Of a stretch of 64,000 nt of DNA, positions 9,261 through 17,690 are shown piece by piece. The stretch is from contig SVIL01000001.1 in the NCBI GenBank assembly GCA_015069505.1, forward strand, positions 12,320-76,319, in the 5' to 3' direction. Made by a program: the position numbers and the translations under genes. Source of the stretch: Clostridiales bacterium. GTDB lineage: Bacteria; Bacillota; Clostridia; Christensenellales; Borkfalkiaceae. Every line of letters begins with the position of its first letter. The stretch's first letter is position 1. Under the pieces are notes generated by a model. It saw only the letters and a list, made by a program, of their open reading frames with translations, did not search any database and was not told the origin of the DNA.

Positions 9261-10685
9261 ATGGAAAACAAGATTAAAAAAGTTATGGACCTTATTAAAG
9301 AGCAAGGTATTGAAATGGTGGATTTTAAGATGGTTGACATCAACGGTCAATTCCGCCACGTAACTATCCCTGCTCACTCTTTTTCAGAAGATATTATGCG
9401 TGACGGCATAGGGTTTGACGCATCTAACTACGGCTACGCAGTGGTCGAAAAAAGCGATATGGTGTTTATACCTGACCCCGATACCGCAATGGTTGATCCT
9501 TTCTGTTCCGTTCCCACTCTTTCTATGAGCGGAAACGCAATGATAATCGACTATCCCAAAAACCGTCCGCTTGCACAGTACCCAAGAAACATCGTTCTTG
9601 CGGCAGAACAATATATGCGTGACAGCGGTGTTGCCGACGAAATGTACATACTACCCGAATTTGAATTTTATCTTTTCGATAACGTTGGTTGGGAAGTTTC
9701 GCCTTACAATATAGGTATGACTTTGGACGCAAACCAAGCGTACTGGAATAGTGCTACCGACGGTGCTGGCGTAGTCGTTCCCAAACAGAAAAACTATCAT
9801 ATTGCAAAACCTTTCGACAACTCTTTCGAGTGCCGTAGTGAAATGTGTATGCTTATAGAAAAGGCGGGCGTGCCCGTCAAGTACCACCACCCCGAAGTCG
9901 GTGCGGCAGGTCAGTTTGAAATTGAACCTAAACTCGGGCTTATGTCCAAAATGGCGGACGGGACTATGATGATTAAGTACATAATCCAAAACACCGCAAG
10001 AAAGTACGGCAAGAGTGCAACGCTTATGCCCAAGCCCGTTTACGGTGAAGCAGGTAACGGTATGCACGTGCATATGCTTTTGTTTAAGGACGGCAAACCC
10101 GTGTTCTCTGACGATAACGGCTATGCTCATTTAAGCAAAGAAGCACACTACTTTATCGGCGGTCTTTTGAAGCACATCAGTTCGTTATGTGCGATTACAA
10201 ATCCAAGTACCAACTCGTTTAAGAGATTAGTACCCGGTTTTGAAGCCCCCGTTACGGTAGGGTATGCAACTTCAAACCGCAGTGCGGTTATAAGAATCCC
10301 CGCATACGCAAAACAACCCGAAGAACGTCGTTTTGAACTTCGTAACCCTGACGCAACTTGTAACCCGTACTTCTGTTATGCGGCAATACTTATGGCTGGT
10401 CTTGACGGCATTAAGAACAAGATTGACCCCAAGGCTAACGGTTGGGGACCTTACGACTTTAACTTGTTCAACCTTTCAGACGAGGAAAAGAGCAAACTAA
10501 AAGGTTTGCCAACTAAACTTGAAGACGCACTTGACGCCTTGGAAAAGGATCACGATTATTTGACGGCAGGTGGCGTATTCCCCGAAGAACTTTTAAAGAA
10601 GTTTATCGCGGTAAAGAGGGAAGAGTGCAAGAAGATTTCCGCAGTACCTCACCCCGTTGAATTTGAAAAGTACTACAACTGCTAA
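9261..10685 (+). CDS. glnA: Glutamine synthetase, type I
   Basis: NGMHVHMLLF, NSFKRLVPGFEAP, NRSAVIRIP and RFELRNPDATCNPY match type I glutamine synthetase. The start is ATG 9261; the track's GTG 9243 extension is less likely. Confidence 0.9.
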   Translation: MENKIKKVMDLIKEQGIEMVDFKMVDINGQFRHVTIPAHSFSEDIMRDGIGFDASNYGYAVVEKSDMVFIPDPDTAMVDPFCSVPTLSMSGNAMIIDYPKNRPLAQYPRNIVLAAEQYMRDSGVADEMYILPEFEFYLFDNVGWEVSPYNIGMTLDANQAYWNSATDGAGVVVPKQKNYHIAKPFDNSFECRSEMCMLIEKAGVPVKYHHPEVGAAGQFEIEPKLGLMSKMADGTMMIKYIIQNTARKYGKSATLMPKPVYGEAGNGMHVHMLLFKDGKPVFSDDNGYAHLSKEAHYFIGGLLKHISSLCAITNPSTNSFKRLVPGFEAPVTVGYATSNRSAVIRIPAYAKQPEERRFELRNPDATCNPYFCYAAILMAGLDGIKNKIDPKANGWGPYDFNLFNLSDEEKSKLKGLPTKLEDALDALEKDHDYLTAGGVFPEELLKKFIAVKREECKKISAVPHPVEFEKYYNC

Positions 10686-10700
10686 AAAGTTTTAAGAAAA

Positions 10701-10733
10701 AAACAAGTCGAATTATTTCGGCTTGTTTTTGTT
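10701..10733. terminator. Bidirectional hairpin between glnA and the convergent small gene
   Basis: AACAAGTCG / CGGCTTGTT is flanked by A-run and T-run sequences and overlaps the stop of the minus-strand gene. Confidence 0.5.
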
Positions 10734-10997
10734 TACACGGCGAACGAAGTCGTCGTGGCTGGCGATGGTTTTAAGCATTTCCGACTGCAAGGGTTTTTCT
10801 GTTTTTTTGGTCGGTTGGGACGGTGACGGGTCTTTTTGCGTGGGCGAAAGTATAGACGAAATCCCGTCCAAAAAGGATTGTGGGGTTGTGTTTTGGTTAG
10901 AGTTTTGAGCGTTAGTCGCTGAGTTTTTTTGTGGAAAGTTTTGCTGATAATAACTTAAAAAAGACGAAAGCAACTTAAAAATCCCAAATTTATCCAA
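10713..10997 (-). CDS. Hypothetical small protein with a low-complexity Asn/Gln/Ser/Pro middle
   Basis: It is a 94-aa ORF. Its N-terminus (FKLLSSFLSYY), KDPSPSQP block and C-terminus (IASHDDFVRRV) resemble the ORF at 33178-33447. Confidence 0.5.
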   Translation of the reverse strand: MDKFGIFKLLSSFLSYYQQNFPQKNSATNAQNSNQNTTPQSFLDGISSILSPTQKDPSPSQPTKKTEKPLQSEMLKTIASHDDFVRRVNKNKPK

Positions 10998-11143
10998 AAT
11001 TATCCTCCGTTTCAGGATAAAAAACCCGAAAAAATCTTAAAATTAATTGCAAAATTTGTTTCTATGATATATAATATGTAATACTTATGTAAAAAAGAAT
11101 ACGGGTGGGCGTATATCCCTTGCCCGATTTTGATGGAGTTTTT

Positions 11144-13033
11144 ATGAAAAAGATTTGGAAGAAATTACTTGTACCCGCTTTGGCTTTGATATTTGCGTTG
11201 TCCGGGATTATCGGTTGTGGCGGTAACGGTTGGGACCCTTCTAAGGTTGCCCTTAAACCGAGCGATGCCGGTGAACTTAAAGAAACGGGCATGACCGGAT
11301 TTATCGCTGAAACGGCTAATTACGTTTATATGATTAACGGCATAGGCGGTTCGGCAGAAGACAATTCCTTTGGTGCACCCGTAAAAGGTGCGTTGGTCGC
11401 TGCAAAAAAATCCGACCTTTCAGATGCTTGCGTGGTAGTTCCAAAACTTTTCGTTGCATCCGACTATAAGGCAGGCTTGTTTATCGACGGCGATTACGTT
11501 TATTACGGTACGCCTAACACGGACAAGGATTCTTCAGGTAACGTTGCAAACACCGAACTGACTTTTGCAAGAACCAAACTCGACGGCACGGGCTTTGAAA
11601 CTTATTTCTCAATCCCTTCACTATCCTCTGAATATAGATTTATCAAGAGTGGTGAATCCGTTTATTTAGTATATTACGATACCGAAAATTCCGCACTCGT
11701 ATCTTACAACACTTCAGACAAGACCTCTACGGTTATCGCAAAGACCTCTGACGAAGCGACGAGTGAATCGCTTGCTTCTAATGGATATAAGTTCGTGGGG
11801 GCTGCTGACTGTGCAGTCGTATATACCGTTGACGTTTACGAAGACACCTTTAATCAAGCGGAAAAGGACGCACTTGGCGACTCTTATTCAAGGGCTACTG
11901 CAAACTACAACAAAGTTTACGCTTATAAGATCGGCGACAATAACGAAGGCGAGTGCAAGGGTACGGTTATTGCGAACGGACAAAAGGCTATTGCTGAAAA
12001 GTACGCTTTGACATTAATTAAATCGGGATATATCTTCTTGTCCTCAACCGACACGGCTGAAACGACGAGTACCGTAAACTATGCGATTAACCTTTCAGAC
12101 CTTGCATCGGGCGTTGACAAAATTGTTAACCCCACTTACGTTAGCGATTCTAATATCATCGTAAGCCTTACCGAAGTTTATGCGGTTGAAAGCGAAAGAA
12201 TAGCAAAACTCAGTTTGACTGAAAACAAATCGACTTCACTTGAATACGTTGCAAAGGCAAGCACGCTTGGTACCTTGTTGTTAAAGGACGGTGACTTTAT
12301 TTATTACACCAACACCGACAGTGAACTTGCAAGAATATATATCGGCAACCCTGACGGCAAAGAAGAAAAAGACCTTATGGAACAAAGAGTCAGCGAAGGT
12401 AGCGTAAGCACTTCTTGGTACGCACCTGAAATCGTGGACGGAAAGATTTTCTATCTTGACAATTCTACCGACGGTCAATCTTACGTTAAGTACGTATCTA
12501 CAACCGCAGACCTTGAAGTTGAAAGGGACGACGACGATAAAATCACCCTTTGCTATCTCAAAGGCAACGCTTTTGCAGGCGTAGTTTTAGGGCAAGACAA
12601 AGCGGATATCGTCACCAACCAAATAAACGCTTTATCAACCACCCTTTCAGGGTCTATCAAGTTTGACGTGGACGATGACGGTAACGTCGTTTTAGTAGAA
12701 GGTGAACCAAAGGTTGACGTTATTACGGAGGCAAGGGCTGCGTACGATGCACTTGGCGATAATAAGAAGTACGTTTCAGAAGATACTTTGGCAATCCTTG
12801 AAAAGTATGAAGAAGCACTTAGAATTAGCAAAGTGTTCTATAAGTTAAACGACTTTGACAAGGTTGCGGATAAAGACTCTCTCAGAACGGCTTACGACAA
12901 TGCGAAGTCAGAACTTACTGCTCTTAAAAATTCTAACAAGTACCCCGTGGCAGAAATAAGGTCAATGCTTGCGGAAAACCTTAACTACTTCTATCAAGAA
13001 GCGGACAAACATTTTAATCCGACCGAAGCCTAA
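11144..13033 (+). CDS. Lipoprotein with repeated aromatic-rich beta-propeller-like motifs (DUF5050-like guess)
   Basis: ATG 11144 follows GGAG. MKKIWKKLLVPALALIFALSGIIGC is a signal peptide plus lipobox. DYVYY, FIYYTN and KIFYLDN motifs recur. Confidence 0.65.
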   Translation: MKKIWKKLLVPALALIFALSGIIGCGGNGWDPSKVALKPSDAGELKETGMTGFIAETANYVYMINGIGGSAEDNSFGAPVKGALVAAKKSDLSDACVVVPKLFVASDYKAGLFIDGDYVYYGTPNTDKDSSGNVANTELTFARTKLDGTGFETYFSIPSLSSEYRFIKSGESVYLVYYDTENSALVSYNTSDKTSTVIAKTSDEATSESLASNGYKFVGAADCAVVYTVDVYEDTFNQAEKDALGDSYSRATANYNKVYAYKIGDNNEGECKGTVIANGQKAIAEKYALTLIKSGYIFLSSTDTAETTSTVNYAINLSDLASGVDKIVNPTYVSDSNIIVSLTEVYAVESERIAKLSLTENKSTSLEYVAKASTLGTLLLKDGDFIYYTNTDSELARIYIGNPDGKEEKDLMEQRVSEGSVSTSWYAPEIVDGKIFYLDNSTDGQSYVKYVSTTADLEVERDDDDKITLCYLKGNAFAGVVLGQDKADIVTNQINALSTTLSGSIKFDVDDDGNVVLVEGEPKVDVITEARAAYDALGDNKKYVSEDTLAILEKYEEALRISKVFYKLNDFDKVADKDSLRTAYDNAKSELTALKNSNKYPVAEIRSMLAENLNYFYQEADKHFNPTEA

Positions 13034-13064
13034 TTAAAAGGCTAATTTAAAACAATAAAACTTT

Positions 13065-13094
13065 AAAACCACTCTTTTTTAGGGTGGTTTTTTT
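13065..13094 (+). terminator. Intrinsic terminator
   Basis: AAAACCACTC / AGGGTGGTTTT followed by a T-run. Confidence 0.7.
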
Positions 13095-13144
13095 GTGTGG
13101 CGAAGGTTCTTTAAGGGGAATATCTTGGGTTGTTTTGTTCAAAA

Positions 13145-13151
13145 TTCGACA
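13145..13151 (-). promoter_or_regulatory. 0A-box heptamer (TGTCGAA on the minus strand) upstream of spo0A
   Basis: TTCGACA is an exact match, about 130 bp upstream of the spo0A ATG. A 7-mer like this is expected several times by chance in 64 kb. Confidence 0.3.
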
Positions 13152-13211
13152 AGATATTGTATTATTGAACAAAATACGCCAAAAAACATAATAAATTTAT
13201 TAAAAATCGCT

Positions 13212-13239
13212 TTGAATTTGTAAAGATATGTAGTAAAAT
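13212..13239 (+). promoter_or_regulatory. Sigma-A-like promoter of spo0A
   Basis: TTGAAT (13212-13217), 16-nt spacer, TAAAAT (13234-13239). Confidence 0.4.
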
Positions 13240-13279
13240 GAGTATATGACAAAATAAAATCAAGCAAAAGGGAGAATTT

Positions 13280-14047
13280 ATGCAGAAAAAGACAGTTTTC
13301 TTATTGCAGGATACAAAAGAGCAGAATGATACGCTGTCAAGACGGTTTGACGGGGACGATTTGTTTGAGGTTATAGGTATGGCGAATGACGGAATCACGG
13401 GGATATCCATGATAGCCGAAAAGAAACCGCAGTTCGTTATCTTAGAGATTGTTCTTTCCGGTTACGATGGGATATGCGTTATGGAAAAGATTAAGGAACT
13501 TAAAGTCAAAACTAAGTTTATAGTGCTAAGTTCTTTTTGTCGGGAAGAAATTATCTCTAAAACCATTAATGCGGGTGCGTCGTATTTTATGGCAAAGCCG
13601 TACAATTTTTCGGTTTTGCGGAATAGGATGGTTGATCTTGCTGTGGAAAAGAGTGTGGAAGGTAGAGTGGAATATTCGCCGATTCCAAAACTTCACGACG
13701 TAACGCTTGACGAGAAGATTAGCAAGATTTTTATCAACGTGGGTATCCCACCGCATATAAAGGGGTATTCCTTTTTAAGAGAGGGTGTAAAAATGGCGGT
13801 TGAAGACCCTGCGGTTATAAATAGCATAACCAAAAAATTATATCCTATGATAGGCGAAAAATATCAAACGAGTGCTTCAAAAGTAGAAAGGGCGATTCGC
13901 CACGCTATTGAGGTGGCTTGGAATAGGGGAAGAATAGATAGTATAAACAGTATATTAGGCGTACGTGCGTACGTAGGTGCGGAAAAGCCGACTAACGGGG
14001 AATTTATTGCACTCATTGCGGATAAAATGTTGTTAGAAAAGGCTTAA
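13280..14047 (+). CDS. spo0A: Stage 0 sporulation protein A (Spo0A) with an atypical receiver domain
   Basis: The C-terminal domain SFLREGVKMAVEDP...TSASKVERAIRHAIEVAWNRG is the Spo0A_C signature. The N-terminal receiver fold has Q10-D11 and E56 instead of DD and D56. Confidence 0.9.
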   Translation: MQKKTVFLLQDTKEQNDTLSRRFDGDDLFEVIGMANDGITGISMIAEKKPQFVILEIVLSGYDGICVMEKIKELKVKTKFIVLSSFCREEIISKTINAGASYFMAKPYNFSVLRNRMVDLAVEKSVEGRVEYSPIPKLHDVTLDEKISKIFINVGIPPHIKGYSFLREGVKMAVEDPAVINSITKKLYPMIGEKYQTSASKVERAIRHAIEVAWNRGRIDSINSILGVRAYVGAEKPTNGEFIALIADKMLLEKA

Positions 14048-14292
14048 AAACTTTTGGGAAAAAGCCGTTTAGTTATTGAGGAAAAATAGGTCAAAAAACC
14101 AAAGAAAAAAAATTTTAGTTTTTTTATAAAAAATTTTTAAAAAACAGTTTACAAATTTTTGTTATGTATATATAATATAGCAAGCAACGAAAAGTCGGGG
14201 CTTGCTATATTGCGTTTTTTGGGGATGGGGCGTGTAACCTTATTGACTAAAAAAGCATATAAAAATTATACGATAGGTAACGGAGAAATTAG

Positions 14293-14796
14293 ATGGGTTG
14301 GATTAAATGTCCCAGATGTGATCTTAATTACATCAGAGAAGGGGAAGAATATTGCGACGTTTGTAAGGCGGAACTAAAAAAAGGTCCGCAGTTGGTTTTT
14401 GCGGTTGACGAGGAAGAAGAAACCGAACAACTTATTTTGTGTCCTATTTGTCATCACAACTATATCAACGCAGGCGAACAAATGTGTTCTAAGTGTGCGG
14501 ATGAAATAGAGTTTAAGAAGGACCAAGTTGACCTTGATAAAGACGAGGAATGGAAGAACTTTCTTGACGAAGAAGATGAAGAAGAGGAAGATAGCGAGGA
14601 AATGTTGTCACTCTCTAAACTCGTTGAGGAAGAAGGGTCGGAAATGTTTGAGGACGAAGATGAGGAAGAGGACCTTGACGACGTTGAACCTGCCGAGCCT
14701 GACGATTTTGAAATTCCCGAAATTGACGCGGCGGATTTTGAGTACGACGAGGAAGATGAAGAAGAGGAAGACGAAGAGGACGAGGACGAAGAATAA
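14293..14796 (+). CDS. Double zinc-ribbon protein with an extremely acidic C-terminal tail
   Basis: CPRC...CDVC and CPIC...CSKC are CxxC pairs. The last 85 aa or so are mostly Asp/Glu. Confidence 0.6.
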   Translation: MGWIKCPRCDLNYIREGEEYCDVCKAELKKGPQLVFAVDEEEETEQLILCPICHHNYINAGEQMCSKCADEIEFKKDQVDLDKDEEWKNFLDEEDEEEEDSEEMLSLSKLVEEEGSEMFEDEDEEEDLDDVEPAEPDDFEIPEIDAADFEYDEEDEEEEDEEDEDEE

Positions 14797-14844
14797 TTTT
14801 TTCTTTTTACGTTTAGAAATTTTTAATCGGGCAATAATCAATAT

Positions 14845-15096
14845 ATGATTAAAAGCACGGAAAGTATTAGCAACGTAAAAGAAAGTATTAAGAGGCTGGA
14901 GTCTTCTGCGGTAGAGGTAACCTTAAACCTTGGCAGAAATAAATTCGTCAAGTTTTGCGGAAAGTTGTCGGGGGTGTACCCCGCACTGTTCACGGTAACA
15001 CCGTTCGATAAAACCTTTACTGGCAAAACCACTTATTCGTATTCAGAGTGTATGTGTGGGCGTGTAAAGATTAACCGCTGTCAAGAGGATTCTTAA
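14845..15096 (+). CDS. veg: Veg-family protein (DUF1021)
   Basis: VTLNLGRNKFVKFCGKLSGVYPALFTV...TYSYSECMCGRVKI parallels B. subtilis Veg (...GILAETYPSVFVI...SYSYADIL...). Confidence 0.75.
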   Translation: MIKSTESISNVKESIKRLESSAVEVTLNLGRNKFVKFCGKLSGVYPALFTVTPFDKTFTGKTTYSYSECMCGRVKINRCQEDS

Positions 15097-15256
15097 CTCG
15101 TTCATAAAAATATACGGGTTAGCGTACGTTTAATATTTAAATCGATTTATAAAACTAATTTAAGAGATAGCAAGACTATCTCTTTTTTGTTTATCTAAAA
15201 AGTCTTGCAAAAATTAAAATATGGTTATATAATGAAAAAGGAAATGGAGAAAAGTT

Positions 15257-16573
15257 ATGGATATAATACAAAAGTTTTTGCCCTTAGGGGATAACTGCGT
15301 TTGCGGAAGGGTTCACACCGAACCGAATATTAGGGTGATATCCGGTCAAGGCGTTATTAAAAACGTGGTTGACGTGATTAGGGATTTGGGGTGCAAAAAG
15401 CCCTTTATAGTGGCAGATAAAAACACCTATAAAGTTGCGGGCGAAAGGGTGGAAGCCCTATTAAACGAAAATGGAATAAAATATTCCAAGTACGTATTCG
15501 ACAGTGATTTTTTAGAGCCTGACGAGTGGGCTGTGGGGTCGTTAATAATGCACTTTGATAAGTCTTGCGACCTCGTAATAGGCGTAGGGTCGGGGGTAAT
15601 AAACGACCTTTCAAAGATACTTGCGGGGACAAGTAAAAGGCAGTACGTTATCGTTGCGACCGCTCCGAGTATGGACGGGTACGCATCGGGAACGTCGTCG
15701 GTAAACCGTGACAGGCTTAAAATGTCGTTAAACAGCAAGTGTGCGGACGTAATAATCGGGGATATCGACGTGCTTAAAAACGCACCTATGCGTATGCTTA
15801 AAGCGGGGCTTGGCGATATGCTTGCAAAGTACGTAAGCATTTTAGAGTGGAAGATTGCTTCAATAGTTGAAGGTGAATATATTTGCGAAAGGACGGCAAA
15901 CGCAGTTAAGGTTGCCCTTAAAAAGTGCGTGGACAACGCAGAAGGACTGCTTGCCCGTGACGTAACGGCGGTTAGTGCGGTGTTTGACGGGCTTGTTTTA
16001 AGCGGTGCGGCTATGGCGTACGTAGGGCTTTCAAGACCTGCGTCGGGTGTGGAACACTACTTTTCACACGTTTGGGATATGCGTGGCGTTGAGTTTGACA
16101 AGAAAGTGGATTTGCACGGGAATCAATGTGCGGTAGGCACGATTATTGCAAACGAATTTTATCATAGGTTGTTGTCCGTTACCCCGTCTGTTGAAAAGGG
16201 CTTAAACTACGTTAAAGAGTTTGATTATGAAAAGCATGCAGAGTGGCTTAGAGGGTTTTTCGGAAAGGGTGCGGAAAGTATGATTCGTCAAGAGGAAACC
16301 GAGAAAAAGTACGATAAAGCCCGTCACGAAAAAAGGATTGTCAATATAGTTAAAAACTGGGATAGGATTAAAGAACTTATCGAAACCGAACTACCCACGG
16401 TTAAGGAAATGGAAGATTTATACGATAGGATTGAGATGCCAAAGACCTTGCAAGACGTAGGCGTAGCAGAGGATATAAAGTACCAAACCTTTATTGCGAC
16501 CAAAGATATACGTGATAAGTACGTATTGTCAAAATTAGTTTGGGACTTAGGGATAATCGAGTCGTTTAAGTAA
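15257..16573 (+). CDS. Iron-containing alcohol dehydrogenase superfamily protein, sn-glycerol-1-phosphate dehydrogenase-like (AraM/EgsA type)
   Basis: GVGSGVINDLSKILA, ATAPSMDGYASG and AGLGDMLAKY match the Fe-ADH_2/G1PDH pattern as I recall it. Confidence 0.6.
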   Translation: MDIIQKFLPLGDNCVCGRVHTEPNIRVISGQGVIKNVVDVIRDLGCKKPFIVADKNTYKVAGERVEALLNENGIKYSKYVFDSDFLEPDEWAVGSLIMHFDKSCDLVIGVGSGVINDLSKILAGTSKRQYVIVATAPSMDGYASGTSSVNRDRLKMSLNSKCADVIIGDIDVLKNAPMRMLKAGLGDMLAKYVSILEWKIASIVEGEYICERTANAVKVALKKCVDNAEGLLARDVTAVSAVFDGLVLSGAAMAYVGLSRPASGVEHYFSHVWDMRGVEFDKKVDLHGNQCAVGTIIANEFYHRLLSVTPSVEKGLNYVKEFDYEKHAEWLRGFFGKGAESMIRQEETEKKYDKARHEKRIVNIVKNWDRIKELIETELPTVKEMEDLYDRIEMPKTLQDVGVAEDIKYQTFIATKDIRDKYVLSKLVWDLGIIESFK

Positions 16574-16665
16574 AATTTTTATTATACCATATATTTAAAA
16601 AGGGATTTTTATTGAAAATCATCGGGTAATGTGTTAAAATAGGCGTATCAAACGTGGAGACGATT

Positions 16666-17625
16666 ATGGAAAGGACAGGAATAATGGTGGCGGGTAGTAT
16701 TCTCGTCGATAAGATTTACGAAATTAAAAAATACCCTATGGCGGGTGAACTTACGCAGATAGGCAAAATTTCTCGTGCGGTGGGCGGTTGCGTTCCTAAC
16801 GTGGGGATTGACCTTAAAGTTATAAACGGCGATATGCCCGTTTACGTTTGCGGAAAGATAGGCGACGACGACGATGGAAAGTTCGTGTTGTCAGAGTTTA
16901 AGCGTTACGGCGTAGATACGACCGCAGTCGTAGTGGACGGTTCGGATAAAACGAGTTTTACTGACGTTATGAGTATTCAAGGTGGCGAAAGAACCTTTTT
17001 TACCTATGCGGGTACGAGTGCGGATTTTGGCGTTGACGATATAGACTTTTCTAAACTCAACGTAAAAATGTTGCATTTAGGCTACTTTTTATTGCTTGAC
17101 AAAGTGGATAACGGCGACGGGCTTAAAATCCTTAAAAAGGCAAAAGAACAAGGAATAACGACCTCTATTGATTTGGTGAGTGAAAACTCGGACAGATACT
17201 CTCTCGTTAAACCTTGTTTGCCATATACGGACAATTTGATTATAAACGAAGTTGAAGGCTCAAAACTTTCGGGGATTCCCTTTGACGGCGACAACGCCCC
17301 CGAAATAGCAAAAAAATTGTTTGAGATGGGCGTTAAAGAAAGGGTTATAATCCATATGCCTAAGGTGGGCGTATGTTACAGCAAGAACGGGCTCATAAGC
17401 GTAAAGTCGTATAAACTACCCGACGGTTACATAAAGGGTGCAACGGGTGCGGGCGACGCGTTCTGCTCGGGTGCGTTGACGGGCATTTACAAGGGCTACG
17501 ACGACCAACGCATTTTGGAGTTTGCATCTTCTTGTGCCGCCGTTTCCCTTCGTGCAAGCGACGCCGTTTCGGGGCTTATGTCAGAGCAAGAAATCAACGA
17601 GTTTTGTAAGGCGTTTAATAGATAA
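16666..17625 (+). CDS. PfkB-family carbohydrate kinase (ribokinase-like)
   Basis: The C-terminal GATGAGDAFCSGAL motif is present. ATG 16666 lies 6 nt after GGAG; the track's GTG 16654 is less likely. Confidence 0.8.
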   Translation: MERTGIMVAGSILVDKIYEIKKYPMAGELTQIGKISRAVGGCVPNVGIDLKVINGDMPVYVCGKIGDDDDGKFVLSEFKRYGVDTTAVVVDGSDKTSFTDVMSIQGGERTFFTYAGTSADFGVDDIDFSKLNVKMLHLGYFLLLDKVDNGDGLKILKKAKEQGITTSIDLVSENSDRYSLVKPCLPYTDNLIINEVEGSKLSGIPFDGDNAPEIAKKLFEMGVKERVIIHMPKVGVCYSKNGLISVKSYKLPDGYIKGATGAGDAFCSGALTGIYKGYDDQRILEFASSCAAVSLRASDAVSGLMSEQEINEFCKAFNR

Positions 17626-17643
17626 AAATATTTTTACAAAAGA

Positions 17644-17684
17644 AATACCCGTTCACTAATCAAAGTGAACGGGTATAAATTTTT
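17644..17684. terminator. Bidirectional terminator between convergent genes
   Basis: ATACCCGTTCAC / GTGAACGGGTAT is a 12-bp perfect stem flanked by A-run and T-run sequences. Confidence 0.75.
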
Positions 17685-17690
17685 TTATTT

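Noticed and set aside
9651-10130. A 159-aa minus-strand ORF inside glnA. Similar antisense ORFs lie at 15427-15936, 6548-6901, 8285-8650, 20766-21152, 47123-47470 and 61036-61428.
   Set aside because: These are shadow ORFs antisense to well-supported conserved genes. None has a ribosome-binding site, and their composition is not protein-like.
13065-13094. A terminator nearly identical in its arms to the one at 63037-63066 (AAAACCACTC...GGGTGGTTTT), which could be a dispersed repeat.
   Set aside because: The similarity covers only about 10-nt arms typical of A-run/GC-stem/T-run terminators, and no flanking similarity exists. I treat it as convergence, not a mobile element.
14528-14848. Alternative-frame ORFs (106 aa on the plus strand, 77 aa on the minus strand) across the GAA/GAG-rich region.
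   Set aside because: These are artefacts of the purine-rich low-complexity coding sequence of the acidic-tail gene.
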